Source: Vicugna vicugna
Lineage: Eukaryota
Reading direction: 5' to 3'
NCBI GenBank assembly: GCA_013265495.1
Contig: MU061616.1
Coordinates: 2,868,696 to 2,932,695 of the forward strand
DNA: 64,000 bases
Below are positions 35,243 through 47,286 of the stretch, one piece after another. The position numbers and the translations under genes were made by a program. Each line of letters begins with the position of its first letter. The stretch's first letter is position 1. Under the pieces are notes generated by a model that was not told the origin of the DNA, searched no databases, and was given only the letters and a program-made list of their open reading frames with translations.

Positions 35243-38200
35243 AGTTGGTGGCGCCATGCCCATGGGGCAGGGGCTTGTGTGTTTCCGCCTCTGTCCCACC
35301 CCCAAAGTAAGAAGAAACGTGTTTCCGGTGGCCAGTATGTCTTTCATTGCTTTGCACCCACCGTTACCAGAAGCTGCTCCTGGAGTTCCTGGCCAGTCAC
35401 CCCACTGCCCTCTGTGCCGGGCTCAGTGCTGTGTGGCGCCTTCTCAGCCCAGGGCTGAGTTTTAAGATGTTCTCTCCTTTCTTCTTCTCCTTTGGTTCCT
35501 CAATTAAAAATCTCTGTATATTTGTTTGTCAGCCGTTGTGTTCATGAGCTTTGTAGGCACTGGCTGTGTTTGTGTTCATCTGTCCAGATGTCTCTGTCTG
35601 TCTGTCTGTCTGCTGCCCGAGGCAGCAGTCTGTGTCCCTGTCCATGTTAGCACTTAAGTGGGAACAAATAGCAATTTGAAGTTGTCTTTCTTCCTGTTAT
35701 CAATGTCTTTAGCAAATTTCAACTTTGTATATTTTTTATCTATCAGGCTAATTTTTTTACAAGAAGAATTTTACTCCCTGGTCTCTTCCTTTGTTTCATC
35801 GCCCTCCCTATTAGCACCTTCCTCTCTTCCCTCCAAGCCTGGATCTGGCCCCAGGCCCTTGACCCCTTGAGCAGTTTGCCTTCTTGAATCACTGCCTGAG
35901 CGGAACGTACCTGATCAGGGAGTCCCAAACCGCCTTGGTGCTCTGAAGTCGGCCAACTCTCACACCTTTTCTCAGCCTGGCTCTTGTCAAGGGCATTCTG
36001 GGCTCCAAAACAGATGTGGGAAGCCTTCTGTTACTCCCTGAAGTACCTCTGTCAAAGACCCCCGGACCTACTGGGCACGAGTTAGAGCTGAGCTGGACTG
36101 GCTGACGGGGTGCCTGACTGAGGAACAGTTGCAGGAAAGCTGAGCTTAGAGCACGTTTCCAGTACCTAGTTTAGGAGTCTGTCTTGCCCTCCAGATGTAA
36201 GCCCTGACCATTCTCTTTCATGTCTTGAATGACAGACAAGAATGACGTATAAAGTGAACTTCAGTATCTGTTTGTGTAGTTGACTGTGACTGGTGGTGTA
36301 CTGGCCGTGCTTTGTGTAGACCGCTGTGAGCGGAGAGAGCCCTGCTTGAGAGGCGCACAATCTGAGCATCTAGTCTAGACTGAACAAGGTCTTTTAGAGT
36401 GTGAGAGGCTGTCTGCTCTTGCACAGGATGGACTAATAGGCTGTGATGATCCCAGGCCGTCAGTTAAATAGGTAGCAAGAAAGCATCAGGGCCCAGGGTC
36501 AGCCAGTTAAGAGCCCCACAAACCCCTGTGAGCCGCCCTGTCCCCAGGTGAGGTTCTGAGCAGTATTGGACTTGTGGGCTGCGGGTGTCTGTTTTCCGTT
36601 ACACAAACAAGTTCCGTGATGGGGGCTTTTGCATGTGATTGGGGTAGTAGGTGAGTCCTTGGGCAGGCAGAGTTTGGGACATGCTCAGAGTTTGGGGGGA
36701 TAATTGGTTCGACGTGCTCTGCCAGGTCCCCTCTTGAGTGGAGCATCCGAGAGTAGAGAGAAGCAGACTTGAAGTCCAGGGTTTTGTCTACTTGGACTCT
36801 CACCTGCTCTTGAGAAACAAAGCACTTAGCTTTGTTCTTCTGGGCCCTTAAACTCTCTTAGTTGAGTCTTCCTTTTCAAAAGTAGATGTATTTGTATCCC
36901 CAAAGTCAGAGCTCTTTGCTTTAATATACAGGGGCTTATCCCAAAGAAAAAGGCTCTTTTTTAAGTCAGGGTATTTCCCCTTCTACCTTTATGCTTTCCT
37001 CTGATTTGGGGGCTCTTCGGCCAGCTGTCTGTTGGAGGTCAGCTCTCCTGCATTTACCACCACATTTGTACTGCACTGTTTGGAGATGTGACGCAAACAA
37101 TTCTTGGTCGGAACCATCCTGTGTTTGTCATTGTGTTTGGTGGTTCCAGGGTCCTTCTCTCAAGGGTAGCAAGTCTAAATTGAATGTTTCTTGCTCTAGG
37201 AGGCCATCAGTACCTTTCTGTGGAAAAGGGTCTGAAATGGATGTCAGAGTGGTAGAGAGGGCTGGTCCCGTTGGGGCAGTGCTTAATTACACTGAGTTCT
37301 GAGTTAAGATTCATTTCAGCACTTTCCCTGGTCTGAGTGGTGAGATTTGTCAACTGGAACTTGAAAACAACTTGGAGAAAACATTAGTTAATAGTAATTG
37401 GGGTATATTTGGATAAAGTTGTCATTCACTCTGGAAACCAACATTTTTTTTGTTTGTTTTTTGTTTTCCCTTGCCCTGTGGGCTCCCAGCCCCATCATCC
37501 TCCTTAGGCCCGCAATGTGGTCCTCTTCCTCCTGACATCCCACATGGGCCCAGTCTCCCTAAGCAAACACACACTTACACACACACACTCAGAGTTACTG
37601 GGATGCTGGTATTTTGAAGTCCTGGCTCTCTTACCCTCCCCTTATGCTGTGGGCCAGATGGCCTCGTGGCTGAGGAGGGGATTTCTGTGGTCTCAGGATT
37701 TGGAAAGCCTCTTGGTCAGCTGTGCTCCAGGAAGCAGAAATCCGTTGTAGTTTCCAAAGCAAGTGTTTGTTGGATTCATTTAGGTTCTCAGATTGGCAGC
37801 CAGAGAGAATGGGTGGGAGGCTCTGCGCCTGCTCCCTTTGAGTGCCAGCCAAGCAGCTGCCCCACCGCACTGGAAAGACCTCGGCGGCACCTCAGGGCGC
37901 TGGCTCTCCTGGCGGTGGCCCTTCAACTTGCTCTTGTCCCCCCCTCCCCCCAGCAGGAGCTGCCTTTGTTTCCTGTCTGCTCTGAGAGGAGGGGGAGGTG
38001 CTGAATAAATTAGGCCTCAGGTTCCCCGTCAGGGAGCTGGTGAATGGGTCCAAGTCCTTCTCCTTCAAGAGCTTGAGTGTTTACACCCAGGAGAGTGGGG
38101 ACCTTCTCTTTCCAGGGAGGAACAAGGCTGCAAGATGAGGACTTGAAGAGGGAAGATATTTGATAACCTGTGAGAATTTCTTATTGAACAGGATTGGCTC

Positions 38201-39975
38201 TTAGAGAACTGATTGAGATTTGGGAAGAAACAGAAAAAGTTGAGACAACTACAAGTTATTGATGATAGCTGTGGCTGGAATTTTAGGAGATTTAGGATGC
38301 AGGAGAAAATCAGTGGTAACAAAGGAGAAGATAGCCGAGAGCAGTAAAGGTATGAGGTGGAGAAGCATTCAGACTGTCCGTTGTGTGGCTGTGGAGTGAG
38401 CCTGGCCCACGGCTGGTGTGGACCGTTCATCTGGTGTCTGACACTAGGTAACTGTGGGGCCAGGATGACAGCTCTGGGCAGAGGGGCCCCTTCCTGCTGC
38501 AGTGCAGCCTTGGTGACGTTCGGTGGTAGAAATCTGCAGGTGTTGGCAATCCCTTGATTCTTCTGGACTGTGGCTTTTCTTGGTTGTAGGTTTGTAGAGA
38601 GCAGAAGCAACGGTTGTAAACAGTCATGCTGACTTTTCCCCACCTCCCTTTTCTCTTTCTCTTACCTTCCTACCCCTTTTTCCCTACTGCAGCCTGAGCC
38701 TTGAATTCCTAGGCTGTAAGGTATGTAGGAGCTGCAGGGCTTACCTACCATGGGAGGGCGAGCCCAGTACCATCCCTCCGCCTTCCCCAGTTTGAGAATG
38801 TGGCAGCTCCTTCTATTACCTGGCTTGGGCTTAAGGAGACCGTTAAAGGAGAAGCCCTGAAGCAGACTCTTCCCTTTACTGTCTGCACTCCAGGTTGAGG
38901 AAGGAGGGTCATGCTTGGCATTTAAATTGGGTTTTCCCCGGCAGCAAAGCTGAACTGAGCAGTCACTGCGAACCCGGGCCAGGCTCTCCAAGACTGTCAC
39001 CCATCTCGCCCATCTGCATCCTCTTCTCCCACCATTGTCATTGCTGCTAATGGTCAAAGTCAAATGTGTGGCCACATGAGATGGGCCAGCTCCTCTCAGG
39101 CTACTTTATGGATGTGACTTTGTAAGTATAGAGACATGCAGGTGCCTTCCCAGGAGGCTTGGACTGGTGTATCAAACCAGAAACAGATAAGCTAATGAAA
39201 GTGTGAACTCAAGAGGAACGATGTTGGCAGTCTGTGTAACAGCTGGAAAACTTAACTAGTACCCGCCTTTAGGACAACCCAGTGAATAAGATCTTGTGAT
39301 ATCTGCTATTTAAAAGAAATGTTCTCACCTTGGGTTGACTGTGGTAATACAGTGTGTTATAAACTTGTGCAGCTAAAGCTTTGACTTGCTTGAGTCAAAT
39401 TTGAATCAATTTGCTTTGGTTCCTGTGTATTTTATGACCCCTCTGTCAGTGACTTTCCATCCTTCCTCCCTCGAGTGTGAATTTGTAGCATGATTGTACA
39501 CATCTCTGTGTAGAAAATGGAGGTTTCTTGTTCTCTGAAATGTTAAGCTCTAGCCTATCAGTTTCTGTCCCCTTTAGCCTAGTGTGTCTGAACTTAATTT
39601 GTTATATATTTAAACTTTTCCTCTATATTATAGGTTTCGTGGCATCCCGTGATCAGGTGGAGAGGAAGCTGCCCCTTTCAGAACTGTACTGTAGCCATTT
39701 TTCTTTTTAAAACATTATTTTCACAGGACTGATTATACACAGGGCTTGTAATAAAATTTTAACACTGTGATGTGAAACCACGATGGTAAATCTCCATTGA
39801 AGGCTACTTCAAAGGCACCTGAAAGTGGAGTGTTATATCTATGACTTTATTTCTTGCTTCCTGAGTATATTAAACCTAATTTTCACCCTTTCATTCTGTT
39901 TCAGCCTCCTGTATAAGAAGTACCATATTTTCTGCCCATCATACTTTGTAATAAAACTTGAACATGTAGAGACTG
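35243..39975 (+). other. DCAF7: DCAF7 long 3'UTR (about 4.7 kb)
   Basis: Nearly repeat-free stretch from the stop to paired AATAAA signals, followed immediately by repeat-rich DNA; the end is approximate. Confidence 0.7.
39750..39955 (+). terminator. DCAF7 tandem polyadenylation signals (AATAAA at 39750 and 39950)
   Basis: Both lie in the context TGTAATAAAA, with a UGUA CFIm motif overlapping the hexamer; a proximal ATTAAA is also present at 35503. Confidence 0.7.
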
Positions 39976-40059
39976 ACTGAATTTCTTCTCGTGATGAATT
40001 CAGTTCTTCCCATTCTGCCACTGTGGTCACATTCCAGAGACACTGGCAGGGAATCAGAC

Positions 40060-40900
40060 TCCACCCTAGCCCATCACACTCATCACCTTTAACAAAACAC
40101 AGAGTACCTGCTCTATGCCGGGGGCCATGATTCCCAATTTAATTGATATTTAATATCAAGTTTAAATATCTGCCAGAAGAGACAGCCACATAAACAAACA
40201 CTGGCAGCATTGTGCAGTAATGGATGTGTTCAGGGTTACTGGTGGCCCTGAGGAGGAGGCCATCACCCCTGCCAGGGTAGGAGTCAACAGAGGTCAGGGA
40301 AAATCTCACCAAAGGAAGGTTGGTTGAACTGGGGTTTGAAGGCTGAGTTGGAGTTCTCTGGGAATAAAGACATTTGAGGCAGAGAGAACATCCATGTACA
40401 AATCTATAGAGGCAAGAAAGATTGTGATCCTATTCAGAGAATTATACACTGACATGGGGTTTTGTATGGAGGATGGTGGGAAGTGTGGCGAGAGGCGAGC
40501 AGTACCAGAGCAGGCTGTCTTTGTGCTTTGCAGAGAGGCCAGACCTTACTCCTGTATGAGACTTAGAAAATTTAAATAGAGGGAGGTCATGCTCAAAATT
40601 GCATTTTAGGAGGCAATGAAGAAAATGCGTCTGAGTCGGGGGGTGAGACGGGGAGTCACTACACCTATTATACTAGTCAAGGTAAGAAAAAGTGAAAGCT
40701 TGAACTAAAGCAGGAGCAGCAGGGAAGGAGGGTGGGGCACAACCGAAGAGACTTACTAAAGGACGGGATAATCAGGATTCAGTAATCTACTGCCTGGGAA
40801 GGATGACCGAGAAACTCCCAGATCCTGTGGGTCAGGACACCAGGCTCTGATGGCTGATTAGAGTTTCCAAGTCCAAGCTGGCTTCTGCAGCCTGTGCCCC
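40060..40900 (-). mobile_element. L2 LINE fragments
   Basis: Purine-rich antisense L2-type motifs (GGGTTTTGAAGGCTGAGT, GAGGCCAGAGAGAAC-like); approximate. Confidence 0.5.
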
Positions 40901-41267
40901 AACGTGATAGGATGGAGAAGTTCTATTCCCATTGCTATTCAAATGTGAGTCCTGGATGAATACTCCGTTTATTTTCATTCTGGGCTCATGTGAAGCCATT
41001 TCAAAGGAAGAGAAGAAAGGCAAACTGTGATGGCTTCAGTGAGCCAGTATTTAGTAAGTGCCTGCCGCTGCGTCAGAGGACGTGGAGCTGGCGGTGGCCG
41101 TGAGTCTGCAGAGAAGTATGTGGTATGAGAGTTGAAACTTTATGTGGCAAAACAAGCATCTGCTGGCTCTGTTAGAACTGTGGTCTGACAATATATATTT
41201 TATGGGAAAAGCATGATTCTCCTACTCTTTGGTTTTTAAGGGGAAAGCTGGGAGAGTAATACTAACT

Positions 41268-41582
41268 ATTCATCTCGACAGACTGAGTTATGCTGCAGTA
41301 AGAAACCCCCAAAGCTCAGAGACTGAACACAACAGAAGCTTATTTTTGGCTCACATGTAGTCCTTTGGAGGTCAGTCAGCCCACCTCCATCTTATAGCTC
41401 CATCATCTGGAACATACACCTTCCAAGGCTGCTTTGTAGAGGGAAGCCTTACTTACTTATGCCCATATCAGCCAGGTTTAGTCACGCGATTCCAACCTAC
41501 TTGCAAGGAAGGTCAAGAAATGTAGTCTTCCCTTGTGCCTAGGAAGAGGAAATACAGTAGTTAATAAATAGTAATGTCTCCA
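41268..41582. mobile_element. MLT1-type MaLR LTR
   Basis: GGTTATGCTGCAGTAA...AACACAACAGAAGCTTATTTT...CTCACATG and TAGTCACGCGATTCCAACCTACTTGCAAGG-type motifs. Confidence 0.6.
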
Positions 41583-42019
41583 CCTTTCCATCAAATTAGC
41601 ACAGTATCTGGAATGTAGTCTCATTCATTGAGAGCCATTCGTACTGCACAACACCTGTTCAAACCTAATGGAATGATGCCCTCAGCCAGTCTTTGGCATC
41701 CAAGGCTCACTGTTAGTTAAAGATTTCAATGACCCTGACAACTAGGCCTCTAGAGATGGTTCAGTCACTTGTGAATTTATCTTGAGACAGTAAATACTAT
41801 CTCAGATGAGAAAGTAAAAATCTGCCCTGCCATTCTTCATAGATAAACAGACACAAGCAGAACCAGCTGCAAGGTTAACAAGAAACTGTTTCTCCCAAGC
41901 ACACACTGCAACTTAAAGTATCATGTGCAATTCCCTTTTCTGAGTGACTTTTTTTTTAAGTCACTAAGAAACTTTCTTCTCTAAAATCATAGACTGTCAG
42001 AAAATTTGCGTTTTGAAAT

Positions 42020-42440
42020 TGTGTCACTGAGAATGAAGCCTTATAGTCTTGCTTGGAAAACCTAAGTTGCTTTGACAGAGAAGCAGCCTTGATTTCCTAC
42101 CCAGGTGTAGAGCTTCAGAGCAGGGGTTTCAGAACACAACATTCCACATTTAACTTTGTAGTTACCAAAGAAACTGAACCCTGGGTCCACTTCGTAGTCC
42201 AGAGTTGACGTTGACCCTCTTCATACAGCTCTGTATTCCTTTGAGTCTATCAAACTCTTATTTCAGTGAAACTTTACCTATCCTCCACTCTTCCCCATAA
42301 TTCTATAATAACGATATTTTCCTTTGTTTGGTGAGGAACCCCCACCACCCCTCTGTTGTGCAGTTTCCCTTGTTGCAGTGAGTGGATAGCCTGACTTCAT
42401 GGGACTATAGGTTTGTCCTGGAGTATTTAGACCAATTGGA
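42020..42440. mobile_element. Possible ERV solo LTR
   Basis: TGT...CA ends and LTR-like U3/R composition; family not recognised. Confidence 0.35.
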
Positions 42441-42559
42441 CTAGGGCAGTCTCAAACTTTGTTTTGGCCTCTACACTTATTTGCGATTCTAAATTCCCTT
42501 AATTTAACATTTATATTAGGCTGTATCTTTAAATTACAAAAAGTAATACTCTGAATGAA

Positions 42560-43353
42560 TAGCTAATAAGCACCTGAAAAGGTGCTCAACATCATTGGTC
42601 ATTTGGGAAATACAAATCAAAACCACAAGGAGATACCACTTCATACCCACTAGGATGGCAACAGCTAGAGTCAAAAAGAGATGATAAGTATTAGCAAGGA
42701 TGTGGAGAAACTGGAGACCTCATACGTTGCTGGTGGGGATGTAAAACAATGCTACTGTTTCAGAAAACACTCTGGCAGTTTCTCAAAAGGTTAAACAGAG
42801 TTACTATACGACCCANNNNNNNNNNNNNNNNNNNNNNNNNNNNNNNNNNNNNNNNNNNNNNNNNNNNNNNNNNNNNNNNNNNNNNNNNNNNNNNNNNNNN
42901 NNNNNNNNNNNNNNNNNNNNNNNNNNNNNNNNNNNNNNNNNNNNNNNNNNNNNNNNNNNNNNNNNNNNNNNNNNNNNNNNNNNNNNNNNTGTTATTTGGC
43001 AACANNNNNNNNNNNNNNNNNNNNNNNNNNNNNNNNNNNNNNNNNNNNNNNNNNNNNNNNNNNNNNNNNNNNNNNNNNNNNNNNNNNNNNNNNNNNNNNN
43101 NNNNNNNNNNNNNNNNNNNNNNNNNNNNNNNNNNNNNNNNNNNNNNNNNNNNNNNNNNNNNNNNNTGCCTAGGACTGGGGGAATTGGGGGAAAATGGAAA
43201 GTGACTGCTAATGGGTGCAGGGTTTCTTTTGGGAGTGATTAAAACATAAAATCGTGGTGATGGCTGCACAGATCTGTGAAAATACTAAAAATTATTGTAC
43301 ACTTTAAATTGGTTACTTGTATATATATCAATAAAGTTCTTTAAAAAAAAAAA
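42560..43353 (+). mobile_element. L1MB-type 3' end (partly N-masked)
   Basis: AAATACAAATCAAAACCACAAGGAGATACCACTTCATACCCACTAGGATGGC ORF2 end; 3'UTR and AATAAA plus poly(A) at about 43330-43353. Confidence 0.85.
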
Positions 43354-44759
43354 GAACTATGCTGGGCACAGAAGTATACTCCTGTTCTCAAAGTATTATG
43401 TCATGGCAGAGACAAACATAAACATTATGAATTTAAAAAGTGCTATGGTATAGACATGTATGAAGTGTTATGTAAGCACACAGAGTAGGACATCTGAGCC
43501 CAAATGAAGAATGTTAAGATGTTTTCCTCCTATAGAAAATGATGCCTGAGCTGATTTCTTGAAAAATTAGCCAGGAAAAGTGAGGTAGAACAGCAAAGAC
43601 ACAGGTTTGTGCTCAATACAAGAATGAAGAGAAGTAGGAGCAATCTGGTGTTTCAATATAATCTGCAAAGTACAAGGAGGGGAGTGCCCAGCCCAAGTAG
43701 CTCTGGTAATAAACTAACAAAAGAACAATTCATAATTGCACTCTTAGTTACATCTAAAAATTCCAAGAAGGACTCTTAAGAAGGCTTTAACCAAGGAGGT
43801 GACAGCTGAACTGGGTCTTGAAACCTGATAAAAATCTTACCAGTGAAACAGTGAAGTTCACTAGGGGAGAGGAGCAAAGAGGAGATAAAGAACTTGTATT
43901 CAGAGTACAGTGAGTAATTCCCTCCAACTGGACTGCAGTGTCAGGACATGAGACCAGAAAAATTGGTAGATCTGAAGTTACAGAGGTTCTTATATAATAA
44001 TAACTAACATAAATGTAAGCCCATGTACTTTATCCATTATCCCATTTAATCCTAGCATGGCCATTCTACAGTTTAAGGAAGCGGAAATATAGGAAAGTAA
44101 AGGAACTTGTCCAAGGTTACACTAGTAAGTGTAACAACTGGGTTTTGAACCTAACAGTTCAAACCGGAGGCCACAAGCTTAAGCTGTTCTCTGTCTAACA
44201 CACCAAGCCCTCTGGATTTAATCTCACCAGCAGTGAGCCCTTGGAAAGTTTTTTCAGCAGTTGCTGTTTGGTTTCTTTATCTTTTCTTCCTAATGGCCAC
44301 GGCTTTCTCTTTTTGGGAGAGCAGAGGGAAAATGCAGAGGGGAATTTGGCTCCAGAAAACTCTTCCGATTATTCTCCCTCTTTAGGACGTCCTGAATCCA
44401 ATCTGAATCTCAAGCGTCTTTGGCATTTAGGGGCTTCATCACTATGATCGTACTGCCATTTACGTAAGAATTTATTACTTTAAAACCTCAAGGGCTTATT
44501 TTGTGTTTTCAACTTGCCTATGTTGGTAAAGCAAGTAGTAGCATCCTTATTTACAGATAGCAAAGAGGAAGTTTAGGGAGACCAAAGGATCGGGCAAAAC
44601 ACATCTCTGGGCCGCAATTTCTTTACCTGTAAAATGAGGTAGTTGAACTACGTTATTTTTTTGCAACAACAAAACATTTCTCATTCTAGATCTGCTCAGA
44701 GTTGGGAAGCCATTCTGAAGCAAAATCTGTTTCATAACTCAGATGTACCTCTATAGATC

Positions 44760-45480
44760 ATTGTGCGGAAATAAAGTCCGGCGCCGGCAACCAGGACGGG
44801 TTGAGCACAAAATCGCCCCACCTCAGCCCCAGCTCTGCGCGGGGGCAGCAGAAAGGCGAGTACCGTGCAGAGGCGGAACGGATTTTGCGGGCGGTGGGGA
44901 CGCGTTTTTGGAACGGACCGGGGAAAGGAAGTGTGCAACACCCTCGGGAGTACCCATTCCTGGCTGCCGCGGGGACAGTGGGGTTTTCGCGAAGAGTCTG
45001 CCTGGAGCGGGCCTGAGACTTTGGGTCTCCGGTGACGGGCGGAGGGAGCTGCAGGCTCTGGATCTGCTTGTTTCGGCGGCAGACGGAGCGGGCTGACCTT
45101 GGCCGCTGCTCTTACTGACCTTGGCCCAGGGTCAGAGCCGATGGCGGCTTGGGCCACCTTCAGCCTGAACCGGGCCGCTGCCCCATGCTTGCGGGCGCGA
45201 GGCCTTGGGGTCCAGGTCCCCCGGGCCTCCCAGCCTGAGCCCCCGGACTGTAGCCCCGCTGGGGGTCGGACGCTGCACCTCACCGCGGCTGTCCCCGCTG
45301 GGCACAACAAGTGGTCCAAAGTCCGTCACATCAAGGGTCCTAAGGACACCGAAAGGAGTCGCATCTTTTCTAAGCTCAGTTTGAGCATTCGCCTAGCGAT
45401 TAAAGGTGAGAACCTGACGGTCACCCACCGCTGGCCTCCACTGTCCTCACTGTGCCCATGGCCTCGCTTGCCTCCGGGAG
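44760..45480 (+). promoter_or_regulatory. TACO1: TACO1 CpG-island promoter / exon 1
   Basis: CpG-rich; GGAAGT ETS-type and GC-box motifs; no ATG in about 250 nt upstream of 45141. Confidence 0.82.
45141..45405 (+). CDS. TACO1: TACO1 exon 1 CDS (mitochondrial presequence and start of the YebC/PmpR domain)
   Basis: [20 protein letters not shown]...[17 protein letters not shown]...RLAIK(E); GHNKW is the YebC-family signature; donor GTGAG at 45406. Confidence 0.95.
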
Positions 45481-45716
45481 TTGGACCAGGGCCCATCCGG
45501 ATGCTCTGCTGTTCATTCAGAGTGAATTAAAAACTTTCCCGAAATATTAATCTATATCCCATTCAAACACTGGATAGAGTGTTCTAAACTAACCAAGGGC
45601 TAAGTGGTGAGTTGTCACTCTTGGCTGATGGGGATGGGGGCGGAGAGGGGAGAGGGAAGTGCCTTTTTTCTCCCATGTCATAATGAGATGTCTTTGCTTA
45701 CTCTTTTCGATCTCAG

Positions 45717-45823
45717 AAGGAGGTCCCAACCCTGAGCTCAACAGCAGTCTGGCCAGCATCTTAGAGGTGTGTCGCAGCAAGCACATGCCCAAGTCAACAA
45801 TTGAGGGAGCGCTGAAAATGGAG
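45717..45823 (+). CDS. TACO1: TACO1 exon 2
   Basis: tcag|AA GGA; GGPNPELNSSLASILEVCRSKHMPKSTIEGALKME; donor GTGTGT; 107 nt. Confidence 0.95.
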
Positions 45824-46289
45824 GTGTGTCCTCAGTTTGACATCCTTGTTACTGCTCACAGCCCCAACAGGGCACCCCATGTCTAGAATGCCATCACATA
45901 CTCTTTAAATTAAGAGAGAAGGGTCACAGTGTGGTTGACACCCTCGACCCAGAGCCTTCTGATGACTCTCAGCCATTGGTTATGGGAGCACAGTCAGGAA
46001 TAGGTTGTATAGATAAGGTGCAGGACCATACTGCCTAGGACTGTTGAGCTGAATTGTGAGGAGATGGGGTAAAAAGAAGGGGCACATTATGGGGAAAGCC
46101 CTGATGTTAAATTGAGGAAGCCTTTGTTTTTCTAATATTTATGCCTTGAAGGAGAAAGATAGAGGGTGCAGATGATAGTGATGGTGAGAGGGTCTGGGAT
46201 GTAGAGCCTAGGTGTGGGTGTTGTCTTCAGAGCCCAGGTAAGGGGACACCTCTTCCCTGGGATGAGTGGGAAGGATCTGAGGAAGTAAT

Positions 46290-46490
46290 CATCTTAATAG
46301 CTAAAAGTTACTGAGTGTTTACTCCAGGCCAAGCACTTGATAAGAACTTTGTATACGTTATCTTACTGAATCCTCAGAACAACCTTAAGTGGACACTGAG
46401 GCACAGAAAGATGAGGCGACTTGACCAAGTCACACAGAAAATGACAGACTTGGCACCATACACACTTCAGAGCCTATGCTCTAACCATGG
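46290..46490 (-). mobile_element. MIR SINE
   Basis: TACTGAGTGTTTACTCCAGGCCAAGCACT...ACTGAGGCACAGAAAG...ACTTGACCAAGTCACACAG. Confidence 0.7.
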
Positions 46491-47158
46491 TACATACTGC
46501 CTTCCCGTCAGCCCTGGTACAGGTGAGGTGGTGGAGGCAGAGGATTTTCCCCGACCTGTGGGTCCTTTATTTCCTTTGTGAAAGCAGAAAGAGGTCATCA
46601 GTTGAGAGTTCCTGGGAAGACAGCAGGGCAATGTGATGGCGAGAGTGATGAAGATCGGATACATGGACAAGGGATGAGCGGAGGTGGTATGGGAGGTCCG
46701 AATGAGATTGGTCATTAGAGTTTTTGATTGACTGAATTTGGAGGTCATGCTATTTGATAAGGCTCAGATGTGTGATTTCATGTACCAGTACTCAGCAGCC
46801 TAGGAGCACAGGTATGTTTCCCTTGGGATAAGATGTGGGAGGATGAGTTATAGTGGGCGTGATGGAGGGGTAGGTGTGGGATTCAGCTGGGGAGGGGAGG
46901 AAATAAAGTTGGGAGATGGCTGACTGATTGTTCAGGGACAGGAGAAACAGACTCCCTCCCAAGTACTTCCAATTACACCAAAAGTTGGCCCCAAGGGCCT
47001 CCTCTAAGAGGGTGAGAACAAAAATAAAGACTTAAGAGCCTAGGCTCCAGCTCAGAGAGCCCATCCCATGGAGTCAACTTTGTGGTGCCTATGGTTCTGG
47101 GCTGGCATGTAGGAGGGGATTAGGAAACAGGAAAATGTGCTTGTGTTGTTTATTGCAG

Positions 47159-47286
47159 AAAACCAAGGACATTTATTTGTTGTATGAGGGCCGAGGCCCT
47201 GGTGGCTCTTCTCTTCTCATTGAGGCTTTATCTAACAGTGGCTCCAAGTGCCAGTCGGACATCAGACGTATCCTGAATAAGAATGG
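47159..47286 (+). CDS. TACO1: TACO1 exon 3
   Basis: gcag|AAA; [42 protein letters not shown](G), containing the YEGxGPGG motif; donor GTAGGT; 128 nt. Confidence 0.95.

Noticed and set aside
38065-38643. 192-aa minus-strand ORF antisense to the DCAF7 3'UTR
   Set aside because: It starts at GTG, has no recognisable domain, and has no promoter or splice support.
42749-43269. 151-aa and 169-aa ORFs
   Set aside because: Mostly X residues from N-runs inside an L1 fossil.
44732-45319. 195-aa minus-strand ORF (possible head-to-head gene with TACO1)
   Set aside because: CpG-island composition explains it; no homology is recognised and there is no exon structure.
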